From positions 1 through 40,437 of the forward strand of contig JABGOW010000487.1 in the NCBI GenBank assembly GCA_018645275.1: 40,437 nt of DNA. Direction: 5' to 3'. The notes under the pieces are model-generated. The model ran no database searches. It had not been told where the DNA came from and saw nothing but the letters and a program-made list of their open reading frames with translations. The stretch's first letter is position 1; each line of letters opens with the position of its first letter. The stretch is from Verrucomicrobiota bacterium (GTDB lineage: Bacteria; Verrucomicrobiota; Kiritimatiellia; UBA8416). The position numbers and the translations under genes are program-made. Positions 1 through 8,112 of this stretch are shown one piece after another.

Positions 1-1
1 C

Positions 2-1165
2 AATGTCATCGGATGGCGGATCCTGGCGGCATTGACGCTCTACGTTGTGTTTGCGACCACAGTGTTTCTGGTGAGCCCGGGAGCCATACTCATGGGGGTG
101 GTCGTGATCATGGGAGTGGGGGTGCTGTTTCAAGTTGTGGGAGATGCTTACATATCGCTTGCACACGGCCACGAGCGCGTTGATTTGGGAGGGTACGTGC
201 AAATGCTCTGCTCGGGGGTAGGGGTAGCCATGATGCTCACCGCCATTTTCTGTGGGTTCGGGCTACGGGGGGTGGCCGTTGCCTATTCCCTGCGTTCTCT
301 GCTGTACTTTGTCTGTGGGATTGTATTGTCGTTTCACCTGAAGCATCCTGTCTGTCCTGCCCTGGACTTTCGCGTCATTGGAGCGGCTCTGCACAAAGGG
401 GCACCGATTGCCGGGAGTCGCCTTGTGGCTGTGGTCTACCTCGGGGCGGGGCTTCTCGTGCTGGAACGGCTGTGTGGCCCAGAGCTGGCGGGCGCCTTTG
501 CGGGGCCCATGAAGATCTTCGAAGCCTGCTGCGCCCTGGGTATGCTGACGGCTATGGCTGCTTTCCCCACGGTCTCCCGGCTGCGCAAGGAGTCAGAGCA
601 CGACCTCCGTGGTGTTGTCCTTGCGCTGGTTGGCCTGATTGCGTGGGTCGGTTTGCCGATTTGCATGCTCGTTGCACTCAATGCGGGGGCCCTTCTGGGG
701 GTTCTTTTTGGTGCTGAGCTTTCCGGGCAGGGGCCGCTGCTTGCTCTGCTGATGAGTGCTGTGCCGTTCAGCTTCATGTATGTCTTGGTTGAGCGTTTGG
801 CCTACGCTGCGCATGACCAGAGGCGAGTCTTGATCATTCGGGTGATCGGGACCGTGATCAGCGTTGCGGTTCTGCTGGCAACGGTTGTGCGCCTCGAATC
901 CTATGGCGCGGCGCTGGCGCTACTTTCAGGAGAGCTTGCCATGTTTCTCATGTTTCTGCCGAGGTGGTCCACATATGCGGTTGGCGCACCTGTCTGGCGA
1001 ACGGCGCTGCCCGGCGTGCTGAGCAGCGGTGTGGCATTCTCGCTTGCAGCCTTCGGCCCGTGTCGCGGCAGCTTGGGTTCCACGGCTGTCTTTGTCTTGG
1101 CACTCCTGTTGGGGGTTGCAATCTGTCTGGTGTGGAGGCAGCATCAGAGAGTGCGATGTGTGTAA
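2..1165 (+). CDS. Polysaccharide flippase-like (MOP/Wzx-type) multi-pass membrane protein, 5'-partial; the frame is open to the left window edge
   Basis: The ORF is very hydrophobic, with about 10 predicted TM stretches. There is no stop between nt 2 and the TTG at 32. It sits directly upstream of two glycosyltransferase genes and a Wzy_C-family gene. The family call rests on context and hydropathy only. Confidence 0.5.
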   Translation, partial: NVIGWRILAALTLYVVFATTVFLVSPGAILMGVVVIMGVGVLFQVVGDAYISLAHGHERVDLGGYVQMLCSGVGVAMMLTAIFCGFGLRGVAVAYSLRSLLYFVCGIVLSFHLKHPVCPALDFRVIGAALHKGAPIAGSRLVAVVYLGAGLLVLERLCGPELAGAFAGPMKIFEACCALGMLTAMAAFPTVSRLRKESEHDLRGVVLALVGLIAWVGLPICMLVALNAGALLGVLFGAELSGQGPLLALLMSAVPFSFMYVLVERLAYAAHDQRRVLIIRVIGTVISVAVLLATVVRLESYGAALALLSGELAMFLMFLPRWSTYAVGAPVWRTALPGVLSSGVAFSLAAFGPCRGSLGSTAVFVLALLLGVAICLVWRQHQRVRCV

Positions 1166-1262
1166 GTCGGGCGCATGCTGAGTTCGGGGTTGGGGCGAAG
1201 CGGTCGTGAAGGCCGCATTTCTGGGTGTTCGGAGAAATAAGTAGTAGGGTTGCGAGGACAGC

Positions 1263-2486
1263 GTGAAGATTGCCTATTTCGTGTCTCGGTTTCCCGAGCA
1301 GTGTCAGACGTTCGTCCGCCGCGAAATTGATGAGGTCGTGCGGCGGGGGCATGACGTTAGCGTCTTTCCTGTCGCGTCAACTCCGTCTGCAGCCAGAGCG
1401 CAGGCAAGTGATGCGTGCGCCTGCAGCTCGGTGATCTATCCCTCTATATTGAATTCAGGGCCTCTTCTTAAGGCGTTCTGTCGCGATCCCAAGCTCTGCG
1501 GTGCCCTGCTGGTGGCGCTCATTCGGGATACATGGTACCGCCCGCTCACGCTTGCAAAGAGCCTCGTTGCCTTTGCAAAGGGGATGAGCACTGTCGAGAT
1601 TGTCAAAACTGGTGGCTACGATCACATTCATGCCCACTGGTCCAGTTATCCTGGGACGGCGGCGTGGGTCGTTTCCGCATTGACCGGCATCCCCTTCAGC
1701 GTTGCATTCCATGCCTATGACCTTTTCTCTACACGAATTGCGTTGAATGAGAAAATCGAGGCAGCCAGCACGGTGGTTCTGAACGCTCAGTACAGCATTG
1801 ACTTCTTTCGGCGGCTCTATCCGAAAGTGCCAGACGACAAAGTGATGCTGCTCTACAACGGATTGAATCGAGATCGGTTCGCGATTGTTGCGCGAGATCG
1901 GCCGCTGGTGCAGTCGTGCCCACTCATTCTCGGGGTCGGGCGGCTTGTGTACACGAAGGGCTTTCGTACGCTTGTAGAGGCCTGTCACCTGCTGGATCGG
2001 GAGGGGCGAACGTTCAGGCTGGTACTGATCGGGAAGGGGCCTGAGGCGAGAGGACTGAGTCAGTTGATTGACACGTTCGGCCTGCAAGCGAGTGTCTCAA
2101 TGGTGGGAGAGCTCCCGCAGCAGGGGGTCAGCCGCTACATCAGTGAGTCAGCGGTGCTCGTGATGCCCTGCATCGTGCCGCGACGAGGGGCATCGCACGA
2201 TGCCCTGCCAAACGTGATTATTGAAGCGCAGGCGGCCGGGGTCCCCGTCATTGGATCGGACGTGTTTGCCATCCCCGAAACGGTGCGACATGAGGAGACC
2301 GGGTTGCTGGTTCCGCCTGGCGATGCGGCAGCACTCAAGGGCGCTATCGCGCGGGTTGTAGACGATGCAGCCCTGGCGGAGCAGATTGCAAAGAGGGGCT
2401 GGGAGGAGGCCCAGGAGCGGTTCAATGTACACGAGAATGTTGCCCGCCTTTTGGAGCGGTTCGAGAAGGCGGGAGTGGTATCATGA
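1263..2486 (+). CDS. Glycosyltransferase family 4 (GT-B, Glycos_transf_1 C-terminal domain)
   Basis: 407 aa. The C-terminal half has the typical GT4 pattern (LIGKGPE..., PCIVPRRGASHDALPNVIIEAQAAGVPVIGSDV..., ETGLLVPPGD). GTG start. The stop overlaps the next start (ATGA at 2483-2486). Confidence 0.8.
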   Translation: MKIAYFVSRFPEQCQTFVRREIDEVVRRGHDVSVFPVASTPSAARAQASDACACSSVIYPSILNSGPLLKAFCRDPKLCGALLVALIRDTWYRPLTLAKSLVAFAKGMSTVEIVKTGGYDHIHAHWSSYPGTAAWVVSALTGIPFSVAFHAYDLFSTRIALNEKIEAASTVVLNAQYSIDFFRRLYPKVPDDKVMLLYNGLNRDRFAIVARDRPLVQSCPLILGVGRLVYTKGFRTLVEACHLLDREGRTFRLVLIGKGPEARGLSQLIDTFGLQASVSMVGELPQQGVSRYISESAVLVMPCIVPRRGASHDALPNVIIEAQAAGVPVIGSDVFAIPETVRHEETGLLVPPGDAAALKGAIARVVDDAALAEQIAKRGWEEAQERFNVHENVARLLERFEKAGVVS

Positions 2487-3580
2487 AGGTTCTTCATCTC
2501 ACATGGGGGATGGATTCTGGCGGCAAGGAGCGTTTTCTTGATCAGGTGGTGCGGGGGCTTGATCCCAAGCGGTTCGACAACCAGATCTGCTGCATGCGGG
2601 AACGGGGGCTATTTTATGCGCCATTGGAGTCGGCTGGCTACGCCATGCACTGCATCGGAAAGCGGCATGCGCTCGACATCTCAGCCGCTCTGCGTTTGCG
2701 TCGCGTGATTGCAGCGTTTGCGCCCGATGTTATCCATGCTCACGATTTCACGTCGCAGTTTCTGGCCGCCCTGGCAACCATTCACGGCTCCCGAGCCCCC
2801 GTTGTAGCGACCCTTCACGGTGGGCATGTCCGCCTGTCTCCCCTCAAGACCGGGCTGTACTTGCGCATGCTCCGCCGCTCGGATCGTGTGGTGTGCGTTG
2901 CAGAGAGCCAAGTTCCGATTCTTGAACGACAGCTAGGAAAAGCGGGGTCGATTGTCCATATCCCCTACGGGGTGGATACCGCCCCTTTTGCTGCCACTGA
3001 GGCCGGTGTGGGTGTTCGATCCAAGCTGGGTATCGCTACGGAATCTCCCGTCGTTGTCATGGTGGCGCGCTTCGAGCATCCCAAGGATCAGGATGGTCTT
3101 GTGGCGGCCGCACAGCAGATCACTGGCCGCTTTCCGCGATGCCAGTTTATCTTCGTTGGGGAAGGGGCGCGGCACAGCATCATCAAGAGTTCGGTTTCGG
3201 CTCTGAGCATAGCGGATGCATTTCACTTCGTGACCGGCACGACGGAAGTCCGGGAGATTCTGTCAGCCGCTGATGTCTGTGTTCTTCCGAGCTTCCATGA
3301 AGGCCTGCCGATTTGTATCCTCGAGTACATGGCCGCGGCAAAGCCAATCGTGGCCGCTGACGTCGGTGGCGTCCGGGAGATGTTACGGGATGGCAAAGAG
3401 GGATACCTGATCGGTGCGGGTGACACCAATGCACTCGCGGATCGCATCGCATCTCTACTGGAGAATCCGGCCATGGCGAGAGAAATGGGGCAGTGTGCCC
3501 GCACGCGAGTTGAGACCGTCTATTCGTTGGCGGGCATGTTGGATGGATACGCTAGGCTGTACCGCTCGGTGGCTCGGTAA
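2483..3580 (+). CDS. Glycosyltransferase family 4
   Basis: 365 aa. The N-terminus reads MKVLHLTWGMDSGGKE. The C-terminus has the E-x7-E-like segment PSFHEGLPICILEYMAAAKPIVAADVGGVREML and GYLIGAGD. It is translationally coupled to the upstream GT gene. Confidence 0.8.
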   Translation: MKVLHLTWGMDSGGKERFLDQVVRGLDPKRFDNQICCMRERGLFYAPLESAGYAMHCIGKRHALDISAALRLRRVIAAFAPDVIHAHDFTSQFLAALATIHGSRAPVVATLHGGHVRLSPLKTGLYLRMLRRSDRVVCVAESQVPILERQLGKAGSIVHIPYGVDTAPFAATEAGVGVRSKLGIATESPVVVMVARFEHPKDQDGLVAAAQQITGRFPRCQFIFVGEGARHSIIKSSVSALSIADAFHFVTGTTEVREILSAADVCVLPSFHEGLPICILEYMAAAKPIVAADVGGVREMLRDGKEGYLIGAGDTNALADRIASLLENPAMAREMGQCARTRVETVYSLAGMLDGYARLYRSVAR

Positions 3581-3599
3581 TGCAATGGATTGGTGACGC

Positions 3600-4748
3600 A
3601 TGAATGTGAGCGAATACGATCTGGCGAAAAACCTCACAACAGGGGTGAGACGGCTCTGGCGAAATGCGCTGACGGCCAGCTACCGTCCACGTTCCGGCTG
3701 GAGCCCCGCGCCCTCGCTGGTTGTATTGAGACCCACGCTGCGGTGCAACCTCTCGTGTCAGATCTGCTATGACCGCGGGGAAAACGTTATTCGGGAAAGC
3801 TGGGCATCGCCGGGCGCTGATCCCGCTTCAGAGCTCAGTGAATCCGCCTGGGTGGAGTTGGTCTCTGAATTGACGCGTTTCAGACCGACCTTCTATATCA
3901 CGGGTGGCGAGCCGTTGTTGGCTTCCACGCTGATTCCCATTCTCCAAGTTCTGAAGCAGAAGGGGTGCTACGTCTCTTTGAACACGAATGGTGTGCTGCT
4001 TGAGAAGCGCGCGGAGGCTCTGTTGGATGCGGGCGTCGACAAGATCATTGTCTCACTTGATGGGCCTCCGGAGACGCACGACGCCGTGCGGGGCGAATCT
4101 TTCGAGGCTTTGGCGCGTGGGATCCGGAAGGTTCAGGAGCTCAAGCGCGCGCGAGGCCTTCGACGCCCGGTGCTGCGGCTGCAGTGTGTGATCTCGCATC
4201 TCAATCTGAATCAGCTGGAGGAGACCGTTGCAGAGGCAAGGAAGCTCGGATGCGGTGAGATTCGGTTTCAGCATCCGATCTTCGCGTTTTCGTCTGCGGC
4301 GTGCCGTGTTAGTGAGGAGATGAAGTCCATGATGACGTGGGCCGATCTTTCGCGCCCGCGTCGGGAGTGGCTGGACCTAACGGGGGCGCAGGCGCTTGCG
4401 GAGATCAACAAACTGAAACGGCATGATCCGCAGATCAAGGTTGCGTTTGAGCCAGATGTCAAGGATACCGATATTGTTGGGTACTACGACGACGCACAGC
4501 ACGCGTTCCCCAATCTCTGTCTTAGTCCCTGGCGGCGAATGGATGTCTCTCCCTCCGGAGCGATGGGTCCCTGCCAGGGCATGTACGTCGGGCAGTTTCC
4601 AGATAGCACTCCGGGGGCGTGTTGGAATGGTCCTGCATTTCGGTCATTGCGGCGGCATATGCGCGACCACGGTCTGTTTGGTGTCTGCAATCGTTGCTGT
4701 CATCGAGAGTACTGCTCACCGCGAATGATGGGGTTGGCTATTAGCTGA
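3600..4748 (+). CDS. Radical SAM enzyme with a Cys-rich C-terminal SPASM/twitch-like domain
   Basis: CxxxCxxC cluster motif CNLSCQIC near aa 49-56 (about nt 3744-3767). GGEPLL SAM-binding motif. C-terminal cysteines: LCLSPW..., GPCQG..., GACWNG..., GVCNRCCHREYC. Confidence 0.8.
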   Translation: MNVSEYDLAKNLTTGVRRLWRNALTASYRPRSGWSPAPSLVVLRPTLRCNLSCQICYDRGENVIRESWASPGADPASELSESAWVELVSELTRFRPTFYITGGEPLLASTLIPILQVLKQKGCYVSLNTNGVLLEKRAEALLDAGVDKIIVSLDGPPETHDAVRGESFEALARGIRKVQELKRARGLRRPVLRLQCVISHLNLNQLEETVAEARKLGCGEIRFQHPIFAFSSAACRVSEEMKSMMTWADLSRPRREWLDLTGAQALAEINKLKRHDPQIKVAFEPDVKDTDIVGYYDDAQHAFPNLCLSPWRRMDVSPSGAMGPCQGMYVGQFPDSTPGACWNGPAFRSLRRHMRDHGLFGVCNRCCHREYCSPRMMGLAIS

Positions 4749-4757
4749 GGAGTATCC

Positions 4758-6023
4758 ATGCGAAAAACGCATCCACGCGTGATGGCCTATTTGGGCTTCC
4801 TGCTTACGATACCTCTGGGCGAGGTTAGTGTTGCCCCTGGCTTTGCCTGGCTGACGGTGACTAAGGTGAGCTTCCTGTTGCTCCTGGGGGTGTTGGCGTA
4901 CTCCTGGATTCGGGGGTGGCGTCCTGTGATGCCCACGAGGTCAGTTCTTGTCTCCATGGGCTTACTGGTCTTCGGCGTCTGCCTTTCTGCCTTGTGCTGC
5001 GGCGAGAGGGGGGCGAGTCTTTCGTACGCGATCCGGATCGTTGCCCTCTGCATGCTCTGTCTGGCAACGGTGTCTTTGTCAAAGGAGCCGGGGTTCCTCG
5101 TGAAGGCCCTGGGTGCGTTGGCAATAGCTGCTTTCCTATGCGCGCTGTTGGGGATCTACCAGACGTCAACGGGCGAGACTCTCGCCAGCCTGGGGCAGTA
5201 TGGTTACTTCGGGCGAATGATTGAACTCTGCCAGGCGGTCGAGCCGGGGGGCGTATCCGTCGTCCGCGCCAGCGCGGCATTCGATCACCCCAATGTGCTT
5301 GGGACCTTCCTCATAGGCATTCTACCAGCGGCCTTGTTCTTCATGTTGCACCGCGGCAGTCACCAGTCCCGTATCCTTAGTGGTGGGGCAGCCATCGCGA
5401 TCATCATTGCCCTGGTCTATACCTTCTCCCGCAGCGCGTGGCTCGGTGGTTTGGTGGGGGTTTCCCTGGTTGTGCTCCCGTTGCGCTGGAGTTGGTCCAG
5501 GATCGCTGGCGTTGTCGTTGGTGGTTTGGTTCTGGCCGTCATCCTTCTCCCCCCCGAGGCAAAGCAGGTCTTGTTGAACCGGACAGGGACGGCCCAGCCT
5601 TACGATAGCGGTCGCCTCTACTCCTGGCATACTGCGGGTAGCATGATTGCGGCCCACCCTCTGCTTGGGGTAGGCCCGGGGATGTTTCACCATCGCTACG
5701 CAGCCTACGCTGACAAGAGCGAAGTCTACAAACAGAATCCCCTTCATCATATGGACGCGCACAATACGTTTCTGGATCTGGCGGCGGAGGGCGGCTTGCC
5801 CGTGTGCCTTGCATTTGTAGCGCTGATGGTGGCGGCCTTGATACATCTCGTGGGGGCTGCGGATCTCTGGCAGGCGCGTGGCCCCACGATCTCGCTTGGA
5901 ATTCCTCTTTTGGCAGGATGCGTTGCCATCCTGTCGCAGAGCTTGCTCCAGAGCCTTCAGTACGAAGAGATCTGGTGGGTACTGCTTGCGCTCGGCCTTT
6001 CGCTACCAGCCAAACAGGCGTGA
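4758..6023 (+). CDS. O-antigen ligase / polymerase family (Wzy_C domain) membrane protein
   Basis: 421 aa with at least 10 TM segments. There is a central loop with YTFSRSAWLG and HPLLGVGPGMF...H..HNTFLDLAAEGGL, as is typical of Wzy_C/O-antigen ligase proteins. Confidence 0.7.
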   Translation: MRKTHPRVMAYLGFLLTIPLGEVSVAPGFAWLTVTKVSFLLLLGVLAYSWIRGWRPVMPTRSVLVSMGLLVFGVCLSALCCGERGASLSYAIRIVALCMLCLATVSLSKEPGFLVKALGALAIAAFLCALLGIYQTSTGETLASLGQYGYFGRMIELCQAVEPGGVSVVRASAAFDHPNVLGTFLIGILPAALFFMLHRGSHQSRILSGGAAIAIIIALVYTFSRSAWLGGLVGVSLVVLPLRWSWSRIAGVVVGGLVLAVILLPPEAKQVLLNRTGTAQPYDSGRLYSWHTAGSMIAAHPLLGVGPGMFHHRYAAYADKSEVYKQNPLHHMDAHNTFLDLAAEGGLPVCLAFVALMVAALIHLVGAADLWQARGPTISLGIPLLAGCVAILSQSLLQSLQYEEIWWVLLALGLSLPAKQA

Positions 6024-6818
6024 AGCATTTTCGAAGGTCTGCTCGGTTAGCTCCGCTACGTCCGTGTCGCGAACGGCTGCCAGACGTGTTGCGACATGGC
6101 TCACAAAGCCGGGCTCGTTGCGTTTGCCACGCATTGGGGCTGGCGCAAGGTACGGGGAGTCCGTTTCGATTAGAAGCCGGTCCGCAGGTATGGTCCTGGC
6201 AACCTCCCGTAAGGGATCCGCATTCAGGAAGGTGACGATTCCGCTGAAGCTGATGTGGTATCCAAGATCAACAAGATCGGCTGCGAAGGCTGCATCCCGT
6301 GTAAAGCAGTGCAGGACCCCGATGCGTTCTGGGTCGCCGCTCCAGGTCTGGGCGTGGTCTTTCAAAGCCTCAAGCGTGTCGACATCGGCATCGCGGCTGT
6401 GGATGACAACCGGAAGGCGCAGTTCATTGGCGAGCTCCAGTTGCGCCCGGAAAAGAGCCACCTGCTGTTCTGCGGTCTCGGCAGAGTAGAAGTAGTCGAG
6501 GCCAATCTCGCCGATGGCAGCGACTTGTACGCCCCGCTTGGGCAACTGGCTGACCGCGAGCCGAAGGCGATCGAGCGCGTCGCAGAGGTCGCTGGGCTTG
6601 CCCAGGGCTTCAGCCTCATCACGGTCAAATCCGAGGGCAACGCGAATCATGCCTGGGTAGGCGGTTGCGGCGTCGACAGCGGCCTTGTTGAGTTCGCATG
6701 ATCCGCCTACAGCCACAATGCGCGTAACGCCCATTTCCTCGGCCCGGGAGATCTGAGATTCGAGGCTATACTCGCCTCCCAACCGGCTGAAGTGGGCATG
6801 GGTATCAAAAAAGTTCAT
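6003..6818 (-). CDS. TatD-family metal-dependent hydrolase (DNase)
   Basis: MNFFDTHAHF N-terminus, IGEIGLDY, VVIHSRDA, GVLHCF and ETDSPYLAP motifs. I placed the start at the ATG at 6818, which is preceded by GAGGGAAG, rather than at the ORF-track GTG at 6839. Confidence 0.85.
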   Translation of the reverse strand: MNFFDTHAHFSRLGGEYSLESQISRAEEMGVTRIVAVGGSCELNKAAVDAATAYPGMIRVALGFDRDEAEALGKPSDLCDALDRLRLAVSQLPKRGVQVAAIGEIGLDYFYSAETAEQQVALFRAQLELANELRLPVVIHSRDADVDTLEALKDHAQTWSGDPERIGVLHCFTRDAAFAADLVDLGYHISFSGIVTFLNADPLREVARTIPADRLLIETDSPYLAPAPMRGKRNEPGFVSHVATRLAAVRDTDVAELTEQTFENASRLFGW

Positions 6819-6929
6819 TGTACTTCCCTCTAGCGACACACCTCTTTGTGGTCCTTTCGGATCTTTCGGGGTGTTCTTGATTGGCCTATATGGACATACA
6901 CTCTCAGACTGGCCGTGAGGTTAAGTCTT

Positions 6930-7100
6930 GCGTTTAAGGGTAACCAACGAAGGGTGGCGACGAAGGGTAGGCCTAAGTGTGGGACAAAGTGTTGCGCTTC
7001 CTCCGTCGCTCTTCAAGCTATGGAGGACAAGTCGCACCTTCCCCACACTCAAACGTGTTCTTCGTCGCACTCTTAAACCCACACTTACTTGGTTACGCTT
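6930..7100. repeat. Imperfect long palindrome (about 170 bp) centred near 7014
   Basis: 6958-6990 (cgacgaagggtaggcctaagtgtgggacaaagt) matches the reverse complement of 7038-7069 (acct tccccacactcaaacgtgttcttcgtcg). The modules taagtgtggg, gcgacgaag and tttaag recur in inverted orientation. The mirror-image ORFs on both strands (6928..7272 + and 6921..7109 -) give similar peptides: RRRVGLSVGQ and RRRTRLSVGK. Confidence 0.5.
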
Positions 7101-7728
7101 GATCGACAAACTTACACGATCCCGTTCCGCAGCGGATCATGGTGCGATTCATCAATTGAAAATCCCCCGCTCATCCCGGAGCGCCCCTTTTTCGTGTGCC
7201 GCCCCAAAGGTGTATCAGTTGTTGGGATCGCTAGGCAAGCAGTCGATGGTTTGGAGGGTTACATCGGGTTGATGGCAGCCTATCAAACTGTGCTGGAAGC
7301 ACTGGGAGGAGGTGGAATCTAGAATCTAGACCCTAGACCCTCGCAACAAGATCCCGAGATAACGTCCTCATGAGCGCTATTGATAGCGCATCATAACACC
7401 CCGAACAAGCGCAATAAACGCACAGGACACCACCTTTTACAGACACCCTACCCCCTACCGACATTCCCATTGACAACCGCACAAAGACAACCACAATGTG
7501 TAGAAACTGATAGCGCATCATAAGAACTTGTTCGGTGAGTGACAATCCTAGAGATGCACCGCTCCGCTGAATCGAAAGAGACAAGCCCACGCCCCTGGGG
7601 ATCACCCACCCGCTGGCAAAGCCAAGGACCAGACCAACCAAACGGAAGACCACCGAACATCGAAATGCATGGTATTGGTTGCTACGCGCGCAAACCATGA
7701 TTTCCAGCGTTGTGTCAGAAAAGATGGA

Positions 7729-7758
7729 TTGTAACGTGAGTGCTTTGTCGGCTATCAT
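7729..7758 (+). promoter_or_regulatory. Candidate sigma-70-type promoter for the antitoxin gene
   Basis: TTGTAA (7729-7734), an 18-nt spacer, then TATCAT (7753-7758). A GAGGTAAGG Shine-Dalgarno follows just before the ATG at 7782. Pattern match only. Confidence 0.3.
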
Positions 7759-7781
7759 GAAATCAACTTGAGGTAAGGACC

Positions 7782-7988
7782 ATGCAGACGGCAGAAAAAC
7801 TACATCCGCAGTACGTGACAGATACGGCAGGCCACCAGACCGCCGTGCTCTTGCCGCTCGGCGAGTACACCGGGCTCTTGGAGGATCTTGATGATCTTGC
7901 AACAGTGGCCGAGCGTGTTGATGAGCCCACGGTTCCTCACGCAAAGGTCGTAGCGGAGTTGAGAGACGATGGGTACCTATCAGATTGA
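7782..7988 (+). CDS. Type II antitoxin, Phd/YefM-like (RelE/ParE-partner type)
   Basis: 68 aa, acidic: ...QYVTDTAGHQTAVLLPLGEYTGLLEDLDDLATVAERVDEPTVPHAKVVAELRDDGYL. This is the pattern of antitoxins paired with RelE/ParE toxins. It has a good SD, and a toxin-like frame follows. Confidence 0.7.
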   Translation: MQTAEKLHPQYVTDTAGHQTAVLLPLGEYTGLLEDLDDLATVAERVDEPTVPHAKVVAELRDDGYLSD

Positions 7989-8103
7989 ATGGAAAAAGTC
8001 TGCCCTGCGTGAGCTCAAGCGCCTTGATCGCCAAGTCGTACCTAGGGTTGTAGCGGCAGTAGAGTCGCTTTCGTCTCAGCCACTCCCCTCGGTAACGTTT
8101 TAG
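7969..8103 (+). pseudogene. Truncated RelE/ParE-family toxin remnant (44 codons)
   Basis: The frame starting at ATG 7969 reads MGTYQIEWKKSALRELKRLDRQVVPRVVAAVESLSSQPLPSVTF*. This is the canonical RelE/ParE N-terminus (YxIEWxxxAxKxLxKLD). The catalytic C-terminal half is missing. The stop at 8101-8103 lies 10 nt before a repeat element. Confidence 0.65.
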
Positions 8104-8112
8104 GGTCGGGTC

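Noticed and set aside
7316-7343. Four tandem heptamers, AATCTAG AATCTAG ACCCTAG ACCCTCG; considered as a CRISPR-like or telomere-like array
   Set aside because: It is only 28 nt with no spacers, so it is not a CRISPR array. It is too short and imperfect to call a functional repeat. I treat it as part of the mosaic region rather than as a feature.
7333-8034. 233-aa ORF on the minus strand, the largest ORF in the gene-poor region
   Set aside because: The translation is low-complexity (Arg/Leu/Ser/Val-rich) with no recognisable motif. It runs antisense through the well-supported antitoxin gene and through the A+C-rich tract, which would make any G+T-rich antisense frame open by chance. There is no SD at its start.
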